From assembly GCA_001780275.1 (NCBI GenBank), contig MFGB01000017.1, positions 1-57,840 on the forward strand: a stretch of DNA of 57,840 nucleotides, read 5' to 3'. This DNA comes from Candidatus Falkowbacteria bacterium RIFOXYA2_FULL_47_19. Its GTDB lineage: Bacteria > Patescibacteriota > Patescibacteriia > Patescibacteriales > UBA12075. Of the stretch, positions 1 through 10,043 are shown piece after piece (positions within the stretch are counted from its first letter, which is position 1; the number at the start of each line of letters is the position of its first letter). Both the position numbers and the translations under genes were made by a program. The notes under the pieces are model-generated. The model saw only the letters and a program-made list of their open reading frames with translations, searched no databases and was not told the DNA's origin.

Positions 1-36
1 GGATTCGGGGATGACAAATTAACGTTTTGGAAAATA

Positions 37-79
37 GGACGAAGTCCGTTAACTTATAATTCCACCGACGAAGTCGGTG
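37..79. repeat. Two GAA-triloop mini-hairpins (GGAC-GAA-GTCC; CACCGAC-GAA-GTCGGTG)
   Basis: Perfect stems of 4 bp (37-47) and 7 bp (63-79), both closed C-GAA-G. Confidence 0.6.
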
Positions 80-92
80 CGTAGTTTAATTA

Positions 93-133
93 TTCGGATT
101 TGTTTAGAATTTAGAGTTTTGGGTTTAAGATTT
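93..133 (+). repeat. Degenerate heptamer array (right-arm-like)
   Basis: TTCGGAT TTG TTTAGAA TTTAGAG TTTTGGG TTTAAGA TTT, intergenic, upstream of the first CDS. Confidence 0.45.
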
Positions 134-174
134 TTAAGAAGCAACAAGAATGATTTTAAAATTTTAATTATTCC

Positions 175-1383
175 ATGAATAAAATAATCAAAAGTATAAA
201 TAATAATCAGGAGGGCGCGACCGGCCTGATGCTGGCACTGGTAATACTGACGGCAATTCTGTCCATTACCTTGGCGGCCAACGAGATCGTCAGGCATGGC
301 GTATCGTTTTCCTGGCACCAGCTCCATTCCACCAAGGCTTATTACGCTTCCGAAGCCGGGATCGAGCAGATCCTTTTCGGTATCCGCAAGGAATATTTAA
401 GGTTCGATCAATGCGCCGGCACCGGCGACTGCATCCAGTTTTCCGGCTCTGATATCGCCACTATCCCTTCGACCGACAATATCGACTGCGACAATACCTG
501 TCCGAATGCCGGTGCCGTTAAAACCCTGTCCAACGGCGCTTCTTTTTACCTGGCTTACGCGAGTTCCACCTCGGCCTATATAGCCACTAACACCGTCGTC
601 TCTTTCGGAAGCTTTGACAGCGCCAACGACATAAACCGGGCGGTACAGATAGTCTATTTAAAGCATTTCTGCGTCGGCCCGGAATGCGCCGCCACCGCCG
701 ACCGATCCTGCCTGGATATCCTTAACAAAGGAGGATCGACGGGGGACGGCTATTACTGGATAAATCCTTTGGGTACTTTGGAATTCGAAGTTTATTGCGA
801 TATGTCCGGCGGCGGCTGGATAGAATTGGCCCCCTATAACGGCGTCCACGGCCACGGACTTTATATGTGCAGTTATGACGCCGCGCAAAGCGCCACGGAA
901 TGCGGACTACCCCTCGGCCCCGCGTCGCCGTACCCCGAAACGACCTGGGTGTATAATTCCAATACTGCCGTCGGCCAGACGATAGCTCCGGGGCACGATA
1001 CCAACGACTGCCAGAATAATTTTACCTGGCAATACGAATCCGGGCCGGGAAATATCCTTACGAATGAAGCCGTGTACCAGATATCGCAGATAATTACCGA
1101 AAAAAATTTCGATATTCATTCCACCTCCTGCGATGATGATAATCGGGCGGCTGACGAAGGGCATTGGAACGGCTTCTTCGACCGCGGCGGTTCCGGCCCT
1201 TATTACAGCGATTGCTCGAGCGGAAATATGGCTTATTGCGACAGCATTGTCGGCAATATTTTCGATACCTGGCCCCTGCCGATCGACGTCTGCTGCTCCA
1301 TAAACGAGGGCGGCGGCGGCGGGAACGACCCCGGAGGAGGGGTTTTCATGGGATTCAGCCGGCCGGATCTGAGAGTGAGATAA
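175..1383 (+). CDS. PilX-like minor pilin/adhesin with C-terminal fibrinogen-like (YCDxxxGGGW) Cys-rich domain
   Basis: N-terminal QEG|ATGLMLALVIL hydrophobic helix; AYYASEAGIE PilX-type motif; SCLDIL...GDGYYWINP...EVYCDMSGGGW. Confidence 0.7.
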   Translation: MNKIIKSINNNQEGATGLMLALVILTAILSITLAANEIVRHGVSFSWHQLHSTKAYYASEAGIEQILFGIRKEYLRFDQCAGTGDCIQFSGSDIATIPSTDNIDCDNTCPNAGAVKTLSNGASFYLAYASSTSAYIATNTVVSFGSFDSANDINRAVQIVYLKHFCVGPECAATADRSCLDILNKGGSTGDGYYWINPLGTLEFEVYCDMSGGGWIELAPYNGVHGHGLYMCSYDAAQSATECGLPLGPASPYPETTWVYNSNTAVGQTIAPGHDTNDCQNNFTWQYESGPGNILTNEAVYQISQIITEKNFDIHSTSCDDDNRAADEGHWNGFFDRGGSGPYYSDCSSGNMAYCDSIVGNIFDTWPLPIDVCCSINEGGGGGNDPGGGVFMGFSRPDLRVR

Positions 1384-4047
<2,664 letters not shown>

Positions 4048-4050
4048 TAT

Positions 4051-4335
4051 ATGCTTACTAAAAAAGACATACAACACATCGCCGATCTGGCTCGCTTGGA
4101 TTTGACCGAAGAAGAATTAGATAAATACGGGGAGCAGCTAACCCGGATTTTGGGATATATCGACCAATTGCAGGAAGTAAATACCGACGGGGTTGAGCCG
4201 GCCGCGGCCGCGACGGGCGAGAATGTCTGGCGGGAAGACGAAGTTTCGGAATGGGACGAAGGGGAAGTAAAAGAAGCTGTGGGCGAGGCGCCTGAGACGG
4301 AAGAGGGGCAGGTTAAGGTAAAAAGAGTTTTGTGA
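4051..4335 (+). CDS. gatC: Asp/Glu-tRNA amidotransferase subunit C
   Basis: HIADLARL...ILGYIDQLQEVNT...VWREDE...VKVKRVL; directly upstream of gatA. Confidence 0.95.
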   Translation: MLTKKDIQHIADLARLDLTEEELDKYGEQLTRILGYIDQLQEVNTDGVEPAAAATGENVWREDEVSEWDEGEVKEAVGEAPETEEGQVKVKRVL

Positions 4336-4432
4336 TTACAAATTCACAAATTAAATCACAAATGCACGAATATTTATAAAACATGTTGATCTGGTGTTTG
4401 TGAATTCGTGATAAGATTTGTGTATTTGTAAT
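4335..4432 (+). mobile_element. Empty inverted-repeat element, copy C
   Basis: 37-bp left arm 4335-4371, 24-bp spacer containing AACATGTT, 37-bp right arm 4396-4432; fills the whole gatC-gatA gap. Confidence 0.8.
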
Positions 4433-5891
4433 GAAATTAATGAAGCTAAATGAACTAACAATCAAAGAAGCCGGCGAGAAACTGCAAAGCAAAGAGATCA
4501 CATCGGTCGAATTGACTCGAGATTGCTTGGCGCGCATTAAAGCGGTTGACGATAAGATCAGGGCCTGTCTTACGGTCTGCGAAGAAGAGGCGATCGCGGC
4601 GGCCGAAGAAGCCGACCGGCGGATCGCGCGGGGGGAATCAGGCGCTTTTTTAGGGATTCCGTATCTGGCCAAAGACAATATCATGACCCGGGGCGTTAAA
4701 ACCACGGCCGCTTCGAAAATTTTGGCCGATTATACGGCGCCTTTCGACGCTACCGTAATAGAAAAACTTAAAAAAGCCGGGGCCGTGCTCCTGGGCAAGA
4801 CCAATCTAGACGAATTCGCGCATGGCGCATCGACGGAGAACAGCGCCTTCGGTCCGACTCATAACCCCTGGGATCTTGACCGGGTGCCGGGGGGTTCTTC
4901 CGGCGGTTCGGCGGCGGCGGTCGCGGCGGACATGTGCCTTTTCGCCCTAGGAACCGACACGGGCGGGTCGATCCGCCATCCGGCCGCTTTTTGCGGCGTG
5001 GCCGGTTTAAAACCTTCTTACGGACGCGTCTCCCGGTTCGGTTTGATCGCCATGACCTCCTCTACCGACGTGCCCGGACCTCTCGCTAAAACCGCGGAAG
5101 ATGCGGAGCTGGTTTTAAAGGTGATCGCCGGACGGGATAAAAAAGATCCCACTACGGTCGATCCAAAGAAAGCGCCGGCAAGATCGGTTTTATCGCTTTC
5201 GGGCTTAAAGATCGGATTGCCTAAAGAATATTTTATCGATGGTCTTGAGAAAGACGTGAAAGATATCATCGAGGGAGCTAAAAAGAGATTCGCCGAATTG
5301 GGCGCTCGTCTGGTCGAAGTCGAATTGCCGCACACAAAATACGCGGTGCCGGTTTATTATATAATAACGCCGTCGGAAATAAGTTCTAATTTGGCCAGAT
5401 TCGACGGCATCCGGTATGGACTTTCCGTTTCCGAAGCTACGGGCCTGCGGGAGATTTACGCGCAGAGCCGGGGCCGAGGATTCGGACCGGAAGCGAAAAG
5501 GCGCATTATGCTCGGCACTTACGCCTTGTCGGCCGGTTATTTCGATGCTTACTACCTTAAAGCGCAAAAAGTGCGGGCCAAGATCAGGGAGGAGCTGGAT
5601 AGGGTCCTTGATACCGTCGACTGCCTTTTAACCCCGGCCACGCCTCACGCCGCTTTTAAGATCGGCGCGCAATCGGATGATCCCTTAAAGATGTACCTGG
5701 AAGATATTTTTATGGCCGGGCCTTCGCTCGCCGGATTGCCGGCCCTGGTCATTCCGGCCGGCCTCGCGGACAACCTGCCCGTCGGATTGCAGCTTGTTGG
5801 CCGGCGGTTCGACGAGAAAACCATACTTGATATCGGACGGATTTATGAAGAAGCGGAGGGACGGACGATAAAGAAAGAATTGGATCTATAA
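4431..5891 (+). CDS. gatA: Asp/Glu-tRNA amidotransferase subunit A
   Basis: Amidase signature GGSSGGSAAAV, GTDTGGSIR, SSNLARFDGIRYG, KRRIMLGTYALSAGY. Confidence 0.98.
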   Translation: MKLMKLNELTIKEAGEKLQSKEITSVELTRDCLARIKAVDDKIRACLTVCEEEAIAAAEEADRRIARGESGAFLGIPYLAKDNIMTRGVKTTAASKILADYTAPFDATVIEKLKKAGAVLLGKTNLDEFAHGASTENSAFGPTHNPWDLDRVPGGSSGGSAAAVAADMCLFALGTDTGGSIRHPAAFCGVAGLKPSYGRVSRFGLIAMTSSTDVPGPLAKTAEDAELVLKVIAGRDKKDPTTVDPKKAPARSVLSLSGLKIGLPKEYFIDGLEKDVKDIIEGAKKRFAELGARLVEVELPHTKYAVPVYYIITPSEISSNLARFDGIRYGLSVSEATGLREIYAQSRGRGFGPEAKRRIMLGTYALSAGYFDAYYLKAQKVRAKIREELDRVLDTVDCLLTPATPHAAFKIGAQSDDPLKMYLEDIFMAGPSLAGLPALVIPAGLADNLPVGLQLVGRRFDEKTILDIGRIYEEAEGRTIKKELDL

Positions 5892-5895
5892 CAAG

Positions 5896-6144
5896 AGATC
5901 GGCGACTAGTATAGGCGCTAATATCATAGAGGCTAAAGCCGCAAGTTCTAAAAGAGATTTTATAAAGTTTTTTGAAATAGCTTTAAAATCAGCAAATGAA
6001 ACTAAATATTGGATTTGTCTTTTAAGAGACGGTACGGATTTTGGTAAAAAAAAGAAAGATACTTTAAATAAAGACCTTAAAGAGGCGGAGGAAATTTCAA
6101 GAATGCTCGGTTCCAGCCTGCTCACTCTGAAAAACAAAAAATAA
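5896..6144 (+). pseudogene. 5'-truncated four-helix-bundle (23S rRNA IVP-like, TIGR02436-type) gene remnant
   Basis: Not in the ORF track; + frame reads RSATSIGANIIEAKAASSKRDFIKFFEIALKSANETKYWICLLRD...EAEEISRMLGSSLLTLKNKK*; in-frame stop at 5869-5871 and no ATG ahead of the conserved block. Confidence 0.85.
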
Positions 6145-6192
6145 CTTTGAATTTTTAACTGTGGTTTTGCGCTTTGCGTTTTGAGTTTTGAT
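6145..6192 (+). repeat. Heptamer repeat arm downstream of four-helix-bundle remnant
   Basis: CTTTGAA TTTTTAA CTGTGG TTTTGCG CTTTGCG TTTTGAG TTTTGAT starting immediately after the stop codon. Confidence 0.7.
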
Positions 6193-6261
6193 TGAGTTAA
6201 ATAAAGATTTTTCAAAAAATTATATAATAAATGATTTATTAATAATTTTCACTTAAAAATT

Positions 6262-7059
6262 ATGTGGTTCCGCAAAAAGAAGAATCAAAAAAAAGAAAAC
6301 CGCAAATTCATCGCGGCCGTGGCCGTCTTGATCGTGCTAGTGGCGGTTTTATACGCCACGCTGGTTCTAAACGGCAGGAAAACGGCGTTAGATATTAAGC
6401 TTGCTGATGTTCCGACGATTCAGGATGATGCGGCTGTCATAACCGAGGCTAACCGGCAGGCGATCGAAGACGCCGAGCGGGCGGAATTTTTAAAAATCAG
6501 ACCGATAGATCCGACGGATCATATTAAGGGGGAAGCGGGCGCACCGGTAGAGATAATAGTCTATAGCGATTTTGAATGTGAATTCTGCGCCAATTTCAGC
6601 GATACGCTTAAGAAGGCGGAAGAAGAGTACGGCGAAAAATTAGCGATCGCTTACCGGCATTATCCCTTAAGGCTTAATCCTAATTCGGAAGCGGCCGCTA
6701 TCGCCTCGGAGTGCGCGGCCGAACAGGGGAAATTCTGGGAAATGCACGACAAGCTTTTCATGGATAACAAGAACAATAACATGGGTCCGGAGCAATTCAA
6801 GCAGGACGCGGCCGCGATCCAGCTGGACCGGGTTATGTTCAACCAATGCCTTGACATGGAAAAATACAAGGATAAGATCTGGACGCAATTCGCCGAAGGC
6901 AAGGATGCCGGGGTAGCGGGCACTCCTAACAGTTTCATAAACGGCGAACCCGTGCCGGGCGACGTGCCGTTCGAAGATTTTACGGATAGCGCCGGAGTTT
7001 CGAGAGAGGGAATGAGGATGATAATCGAAAGACATCTTGGTAATAGTATTCAGCGCTAA
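6262..7059 (+). CDS. Membrane-anchored DsbA/thioredoxin-family disulfide oxidoreductase
   Basis: N-terminal TM helix; YSDFECEFC (CxxC), YRHYPL, ECAAEQGKFWEMHD, GVAGTP. Confidence 0.92.
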   Translation: MWFRKKKNQKKENRKFIAAVAVLIVLVAVLYATLVLNGRKTALDIKLADVPTIQDDAAVITEANRQAIEDAERAEFLKIRPIDPTDHIKGEAGAPVEIIVYSDFECEFCANFSDTLKKAEEEYGEKLAIAYRHYPLRLNPNSEAAAIASECAAEQGKFWEMHDKLFMDNKNNNMGPEQFKQDAAAIQLDRVMFNQCLDMEKYKDKIWTQFAEGKDAGVAGTPNSFINGEPVPGDVPFEDFTDSAGVSREGMRMIIERHLGNSIQR

Positions 7060-7080
7060 GCATACGGAAGGAATGATTTA

Positions 7081-7210
7081 AAGATATAAGAAACAAGACA
7101 CAAGGGTACAAACAAATTTCAAATCACAAATTATCAAACGATTTTTGTGATTCGTGATTTGAAATTTGAGATTTGTTTGGAATTTGTGTCTTGTATCCTT
7201 GTGTCTGACT
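7081..7210. repeat. Empty imperfect inverted-repeat element built of heptamer-like units (distinct family)
   Basis: Left arm ...ACAAGACACAAGGGTACAAACAAATTTCAAATCACAAAT pairs imperfectly with right arm TTCGTGATTTGAAATTTGAGATTTGTTTGGAATTTGTGTCTTGT... Confidence 0.7.
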
Positions 7211-7221
7211 TTATGCCGGGG

Positions 7222-7249
7222 TTGCATTTTTTTCATAGTATTGTATAAT
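7222..7249 (+). promoter_or_regulatory. Putative sigma70 promoter for tRNA-Ser
   Basis: TTGCAT-N16-TATAAT about 33 bp upstream of the tRNA. Confidence 0.5.
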
Positions 7250-7282
7250 GCAAAAAGATCAGCGGAATTAAATTTCCGAATC

Positions 7283-7366
7283 GGAGAGTTCACCTAGCGG
7301 CCTATGGTACCTGCTTGGAAAGCAGGCGGGTTAACGCCCACGAGGGTTCGAATCCCTCACTCTCCG
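7283..7366 (+). tRNA. tRNA-Ser(GGA)
   Basis: Acceptor stem GGAGAGT/ACTCTCC, anticodon arm CCTGC-TTGGAAA-GCAGG, long variable arm, GGTTCGAATCC T-arm; CCA not encoded. Confidence 0.95.
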
Positions 7367-7373
7367 CTCGCAT

Positions 7374-7401
7374 AAAAATACCCATATTTTGGGTATTTTT
7401 T
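7374..7401 (+). terminator. Intrinsic terminator after tRNA
   Basis: AAAAATACCC-ATATTTT-GGGTATTTTTT. Confidence 0.65.
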
Positions 7402-7402
7402 C

Positions 7403-7431
7403 TTGACATTTTTTGAAAAGTATGCTATTTT
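7403..7431 (+). promoter_or_regulatory. Putative sigma70 promoter for the two-gene islet
   Basis: TTGACA-N17-TATTTT with extended -10 TG. Confidence 0.55.
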
Positions 7432-7495
7432 TTATATAATCTTGCATAAAAATGATCGATCCTTATAATTAAATTTTAAAAAACGGGAGGGAATA

Positions 7496-8110
7496 ATGGA
7501 ATTAGCGACGATTTTCGGCGTCATGGCCGCGCTCCTGCACGGCACGTCTTATTTCCTCTATAACCTGCAGGCTAAATCAGGAAAATCCACACCCAATATC
7601 GCCAGCTGGGGTATCTGGGTATTTTTAGCCGCGTTAAACGCGTTTTCATTCCGGGAAATGAGCGGTAATACGGTATTGGCCCTGCAGTTCTTTACCGGTT
7701 CGGGTGCATGCGCCCTGACATTCCTGTATGTTTTAAGTATCGGAAAATTTGCCAGGCCAAAACCCAGGGAAGCGGTAGTATTGGCGCTCGGACTCTTTTC
7801 GGCCGCGGTGTGGTGGATATTCAGGAGCGCCGCTGGGGCGAATATGATCGTTCTTCTTGCTCTCATTATCTCATTTTTTCCTACCTGGGAGGGCGTGTGG
7901 CGAGATCCATACAAAGAAACCCCTTTAACCTGGGTGCTTTGGACCGCGGCTTACGGCTTTACGATAATAGCCGTTATCATTAAGCATGGACAATTATTAA
8001 GCTTTTTCACTCCGGTCGCGTGCCTTATCATGCACGGCGCTGTCGCGATATTATCAACCGAAAAAAGAAAAACACGGTTTCGGCTTAAGCCGGGGCGGGC
8101 GGAGGCGTAA
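7496..8110 (+). CDS. Multi-pass membrane protein of unknown function
   Basis: About 6-7 hydrophobic segments with two similar P-x(3-4)-W motifs (PNIASWGIW, PLTWVLW); GGGAGGG RBS. Confidence 0.75.
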   Translation: MELATIFGVMAALLHGTSYFLYNLQAKSGKSTPNIASWGIWVFLAALNAFSFREMSGNTVLALQFFTGSGACALTFLYVLSIGKFARPKPREAVVLALGLFSAAVWWIFRSAAGANMIVLLALIISFFPTWEGVWRDPYKETPLTWVLWTAAYGFTIIAVIIKHGQLLSFFTPVACLIMHGAVAILSTEKRKTRFRLKPGRAEA

Positions 8111-8628
8111 TGGATAAAAATAGCCGAAATAAACGGAGAATAGTCGTGATACCCCGGGAGGAGGCCGTCTTTTGGATGGACGAAAACGGCGACTGGTGGA
8201 ACGAACATGGCCGGTTCGAAAAGCGCCGGATCATCGAGTATTTCCACGCTTCCATCAGGCACGATTTTTGCGGCTTTTATGTCGAGCAGGAGAACGGGGA
8301 TATTCTGGAAAGAGTGTATTTCCCCTATATAGATACGGCTCTGTTCGTGATCAGGATCATTGACGGGGAAAATCCGAAAGCGGTCTTGAATACGGGAATA
8401 AAAATAGACCTTGATCCGGCCGCTTTGTTCATGGAGAACGATAATCTGTATATCCGCGTCAACGGCGTAAAGGCGAAATTCATCAAACAGGGCCTCGAAG
8501 AGGTCTTAAAATTGATCGATCCCGAGAAAATGGCCATAAAGATAAATGGCCGGCAATACCCGATGGGAATCGAGAAAAACAAAGGCTTTGTAGATTTTTT
8601 AAAAGATTTTTTTAAAAAAATCTGGTAA
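8110..8628 (+). CDS. Hypothetical protein (DUF1285-like N-terminus)
   Basis: FWMDENGDWWNEHG...YFHASI...ERVYFPYIDTALFV; TAATG coupling to upstream gene and GGAGG RBS. Confidence 0.65.
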   Translation: MDKNSRNKRRIVVIPREEAVFWMDENGDWWNEHGRFEKRRIIEYFHASIRHDFCGFYVEQENGDILERVYFPYIDTALFVIRIIDGENPKAVLNTGIKIDLDPAALFMENDNLYIRVNGVKAKFIKQGLEEVLKLIDPEKMAIKINGRQYPMGIEKNKGFVDFLKDFFKKIW

Positions 8629-8632
8629 TTTC

Positions 8633-8658
8633 AATAACCGTTAAAGCGGTTATTTTTT
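8633..8658 (+). terminator. Intrinsic terminator
   Basis: AATAACCG-TTAAAG-CGGTTATT followed by T run. Confidence 0.65.
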
Positions 8659-8670
8659 ATTAAAAAAGCC

Positions 8671-8700
8671 TTGAAGTATCCGATTTGATTATGGTATAAT
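8671..8700 (+). promoter_or_regulatory. Putative sigma70 promoter for the + strand glycosyltransferase operon
   Basis: TTGAAG-N18-TATAAT with extended -10 TG. Confidence 0.55.
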
Positions 8701-8770
8701 AACTAAGATTTATGCCATTACGCAGTCTTCTTTAATAAGGAAAATACATTGGAATAATTATTTAAATTAC

Positions 8771-9985
8771 ATGAAAATACTACTGGCTACCGGGATCTAT
8801 CCGCCGGATATCGGCGGCCCGGCCACTTACGTTAAAACCCTTAAAGAAGAACTGCCTAAACGCGGCATCGCGGTTAAAGTTTTGGCTTACGGGGAAACCG
8901 AGCCGGAGGATGAAGAAGCGGGGGTCTATCGGATAAGCCGGAAGCAGAATGTTATATTAAGGTATTTTGAATATTTCCGGCAGGTTTTTAAAATAGCCGG
9001 CGAAGTAGATTTGGTTTACGCGCAGGATCCGGTCAGCGTAGGCTTGCCCGTTAGTCTCGCTTGTTTTTTAAAAAGAAAAAACTATATTTTAAAGATCGTC
9101 GGGGATTACGCCTGGGAGCAGGGACGGCAGAGAGCTAGCGTAAAAGACGATTTGGACGAATTCCAGAAGCGGCAATATGGATGGAAAGTGGAGCTGTGGC
9201 GGTTTATAGAGGGGGTCGTGGCGAAGAACGCGCGGCTGGTGATTACGCCCAGCGTCTATCTTAAAAATATCGCGCGAAAATGGGGGATCCGGGACGATAA
9301 GATCAGGGTGATCTACAACGCGGTCAAAGAGGTTAAAACGGCGGATTCGACCCGTTCGACAGGTTCGGGGCGGGCAAGCTCACCGCTGGCGGCGTCGCGG
9401 GATGAATTAAGGCGTAAATTAAAATTAGACGGATACGCGATATTGTCAGCCGGGCGGCTTGTTCCCTGGAAAGGTTTTGAATTATTAATAGATCTAATGC
9501 CGGAACTTTTAAAAATAGCGCCGGATTTTAAATTAGTGGTCATAGGCGAAGGGCCGGATAAAGAAAAACTGGCCGCCAAAATTAAAAATCTTAACCTGGA
9601 GAAAAATATTATTTTAACCGGCGCCCTGCCGCAGGCGGAGCTTTGGGAATATATGGCGGCGGCGGATATATTTGTTTTGAACACCGGCTACGAAGGCCTG
9701 CCGCATATCACGATCGAGGCGATGCAATCGGGGCTCCCCGTAATTACGACCAAAAGCGGCGGCAATCCGGAGGTTATTAAAAATGACGAGACCGGGATAC
9801 TAGTCGATTATGATAACCGGGAAGCGATAAAAAATGCGATTTTAAAATTATACAAGGACCGGGAATATGCCCGCGGATTATCCGAGCGGGCGAAACGGGA
9901 GATAGGGGACCGGTTCGGGCGGGAGAGGATGGTGGCCGGGGTTTTGGAGATTTTAAAGCTGTTGGGCATAGGGAAAAATGAATAA
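8771..9985 (+). CDS. Glycosyltransferase family 4
   Basis: GIYPPDIGGPATY, AGRLVPWKG, YEGLPHITIEAM (E-x7-E). Confidence 0.93.
   Translation: MKILLATGIYPPDIGGPATYVKTLKEELPKRGIAVKVLAYGETEPEDEEAGVYRISRKQNVILRYFEYFRQVFKIAGEVDLVYAQDPVSVGLPVSLACFLKRKNYILKIVGDYAWEQGRQRASVKDDLDEFQKRQYGWKVELWRFIEGVVAKNARLVITPSVYLKNIARKWGIRDDKIRVIYNAVKEVKTADSTRSTGSGRASSPLAASRDELRRKLKLDGYAILSAGRLVPWKGFELLIDLMPELLKIAPDFKLVVIGEGPDKEKLAAKIKNLNLEKNIILTGALPQAELWEYMAAADIFVLNTGYEGLPHITIEAMQSGLPVITTKSGGNPEVIKNDETGILVDYDNREAIKNAILKLYKDREYARGLSERAKREIGDRFGRERMVAGVLEILKLLGIGKNE
9341..9386. repeat. Nested REP-like palindrome inserted in frame in the GT4
   Basis: GCGG ATTCGAC CCG TTCGACAGGTTCGGGG CGGG CAAGCTCA CCGC; encodes low-complexity DSTRSTGSGRASSP in the interdomain linker. 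Confidence 0.6.
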
Positions 9986-9991
9986 CAGATA

Positions 9992-10039
9992 TTGACATAT
10001 TATTTCTGATAATATACAATTAATGTATATTATTAGAAA
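9992..10039 (+). promoter_or_regulatory. AbiE operon promoter with overlapping operator-like inverted repeat
   Basis: TTGACA-N17-TACAAT (9992-10020); IR TTTCTGATAATATACA-ATTAA-TGTATATTATTAGAAA (10003-10039, 15/16 match). Confidence 0.75.
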
Positions 10040-10043
10040 CGAT

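Noticed and set aside
4431-4448. ATGAAATTA/ATGAAGCTA (MKL-MKL) as a target-site duplication
   Set aside because: Both copies lie on the same side of the element and match only 7/9; at most it makes the gatA start ambiguous (4431 versus 4440).
4051-5891. Absence of gatB next to gatCA
   Set aside because: Split gat operons are common; gatB is probably elsewhere in the genome.
5886-6215. 109-aa minus-strand ORF
   Set aside because: It is the antisense of the four-helix-bundle remnant; its N-terminus is just the translated heptamer arm.
7078-7293. 71-aa minus-strand ORF
   Set aside because: It is a translation of the inverted-repeat element and overlaps the tRNA and its promoter.
7283-8660. 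Integrative element at tRNA-Ser
   Set aside because: No integrase, and I found no duplicated tRNA 3' end (att site) in the window.
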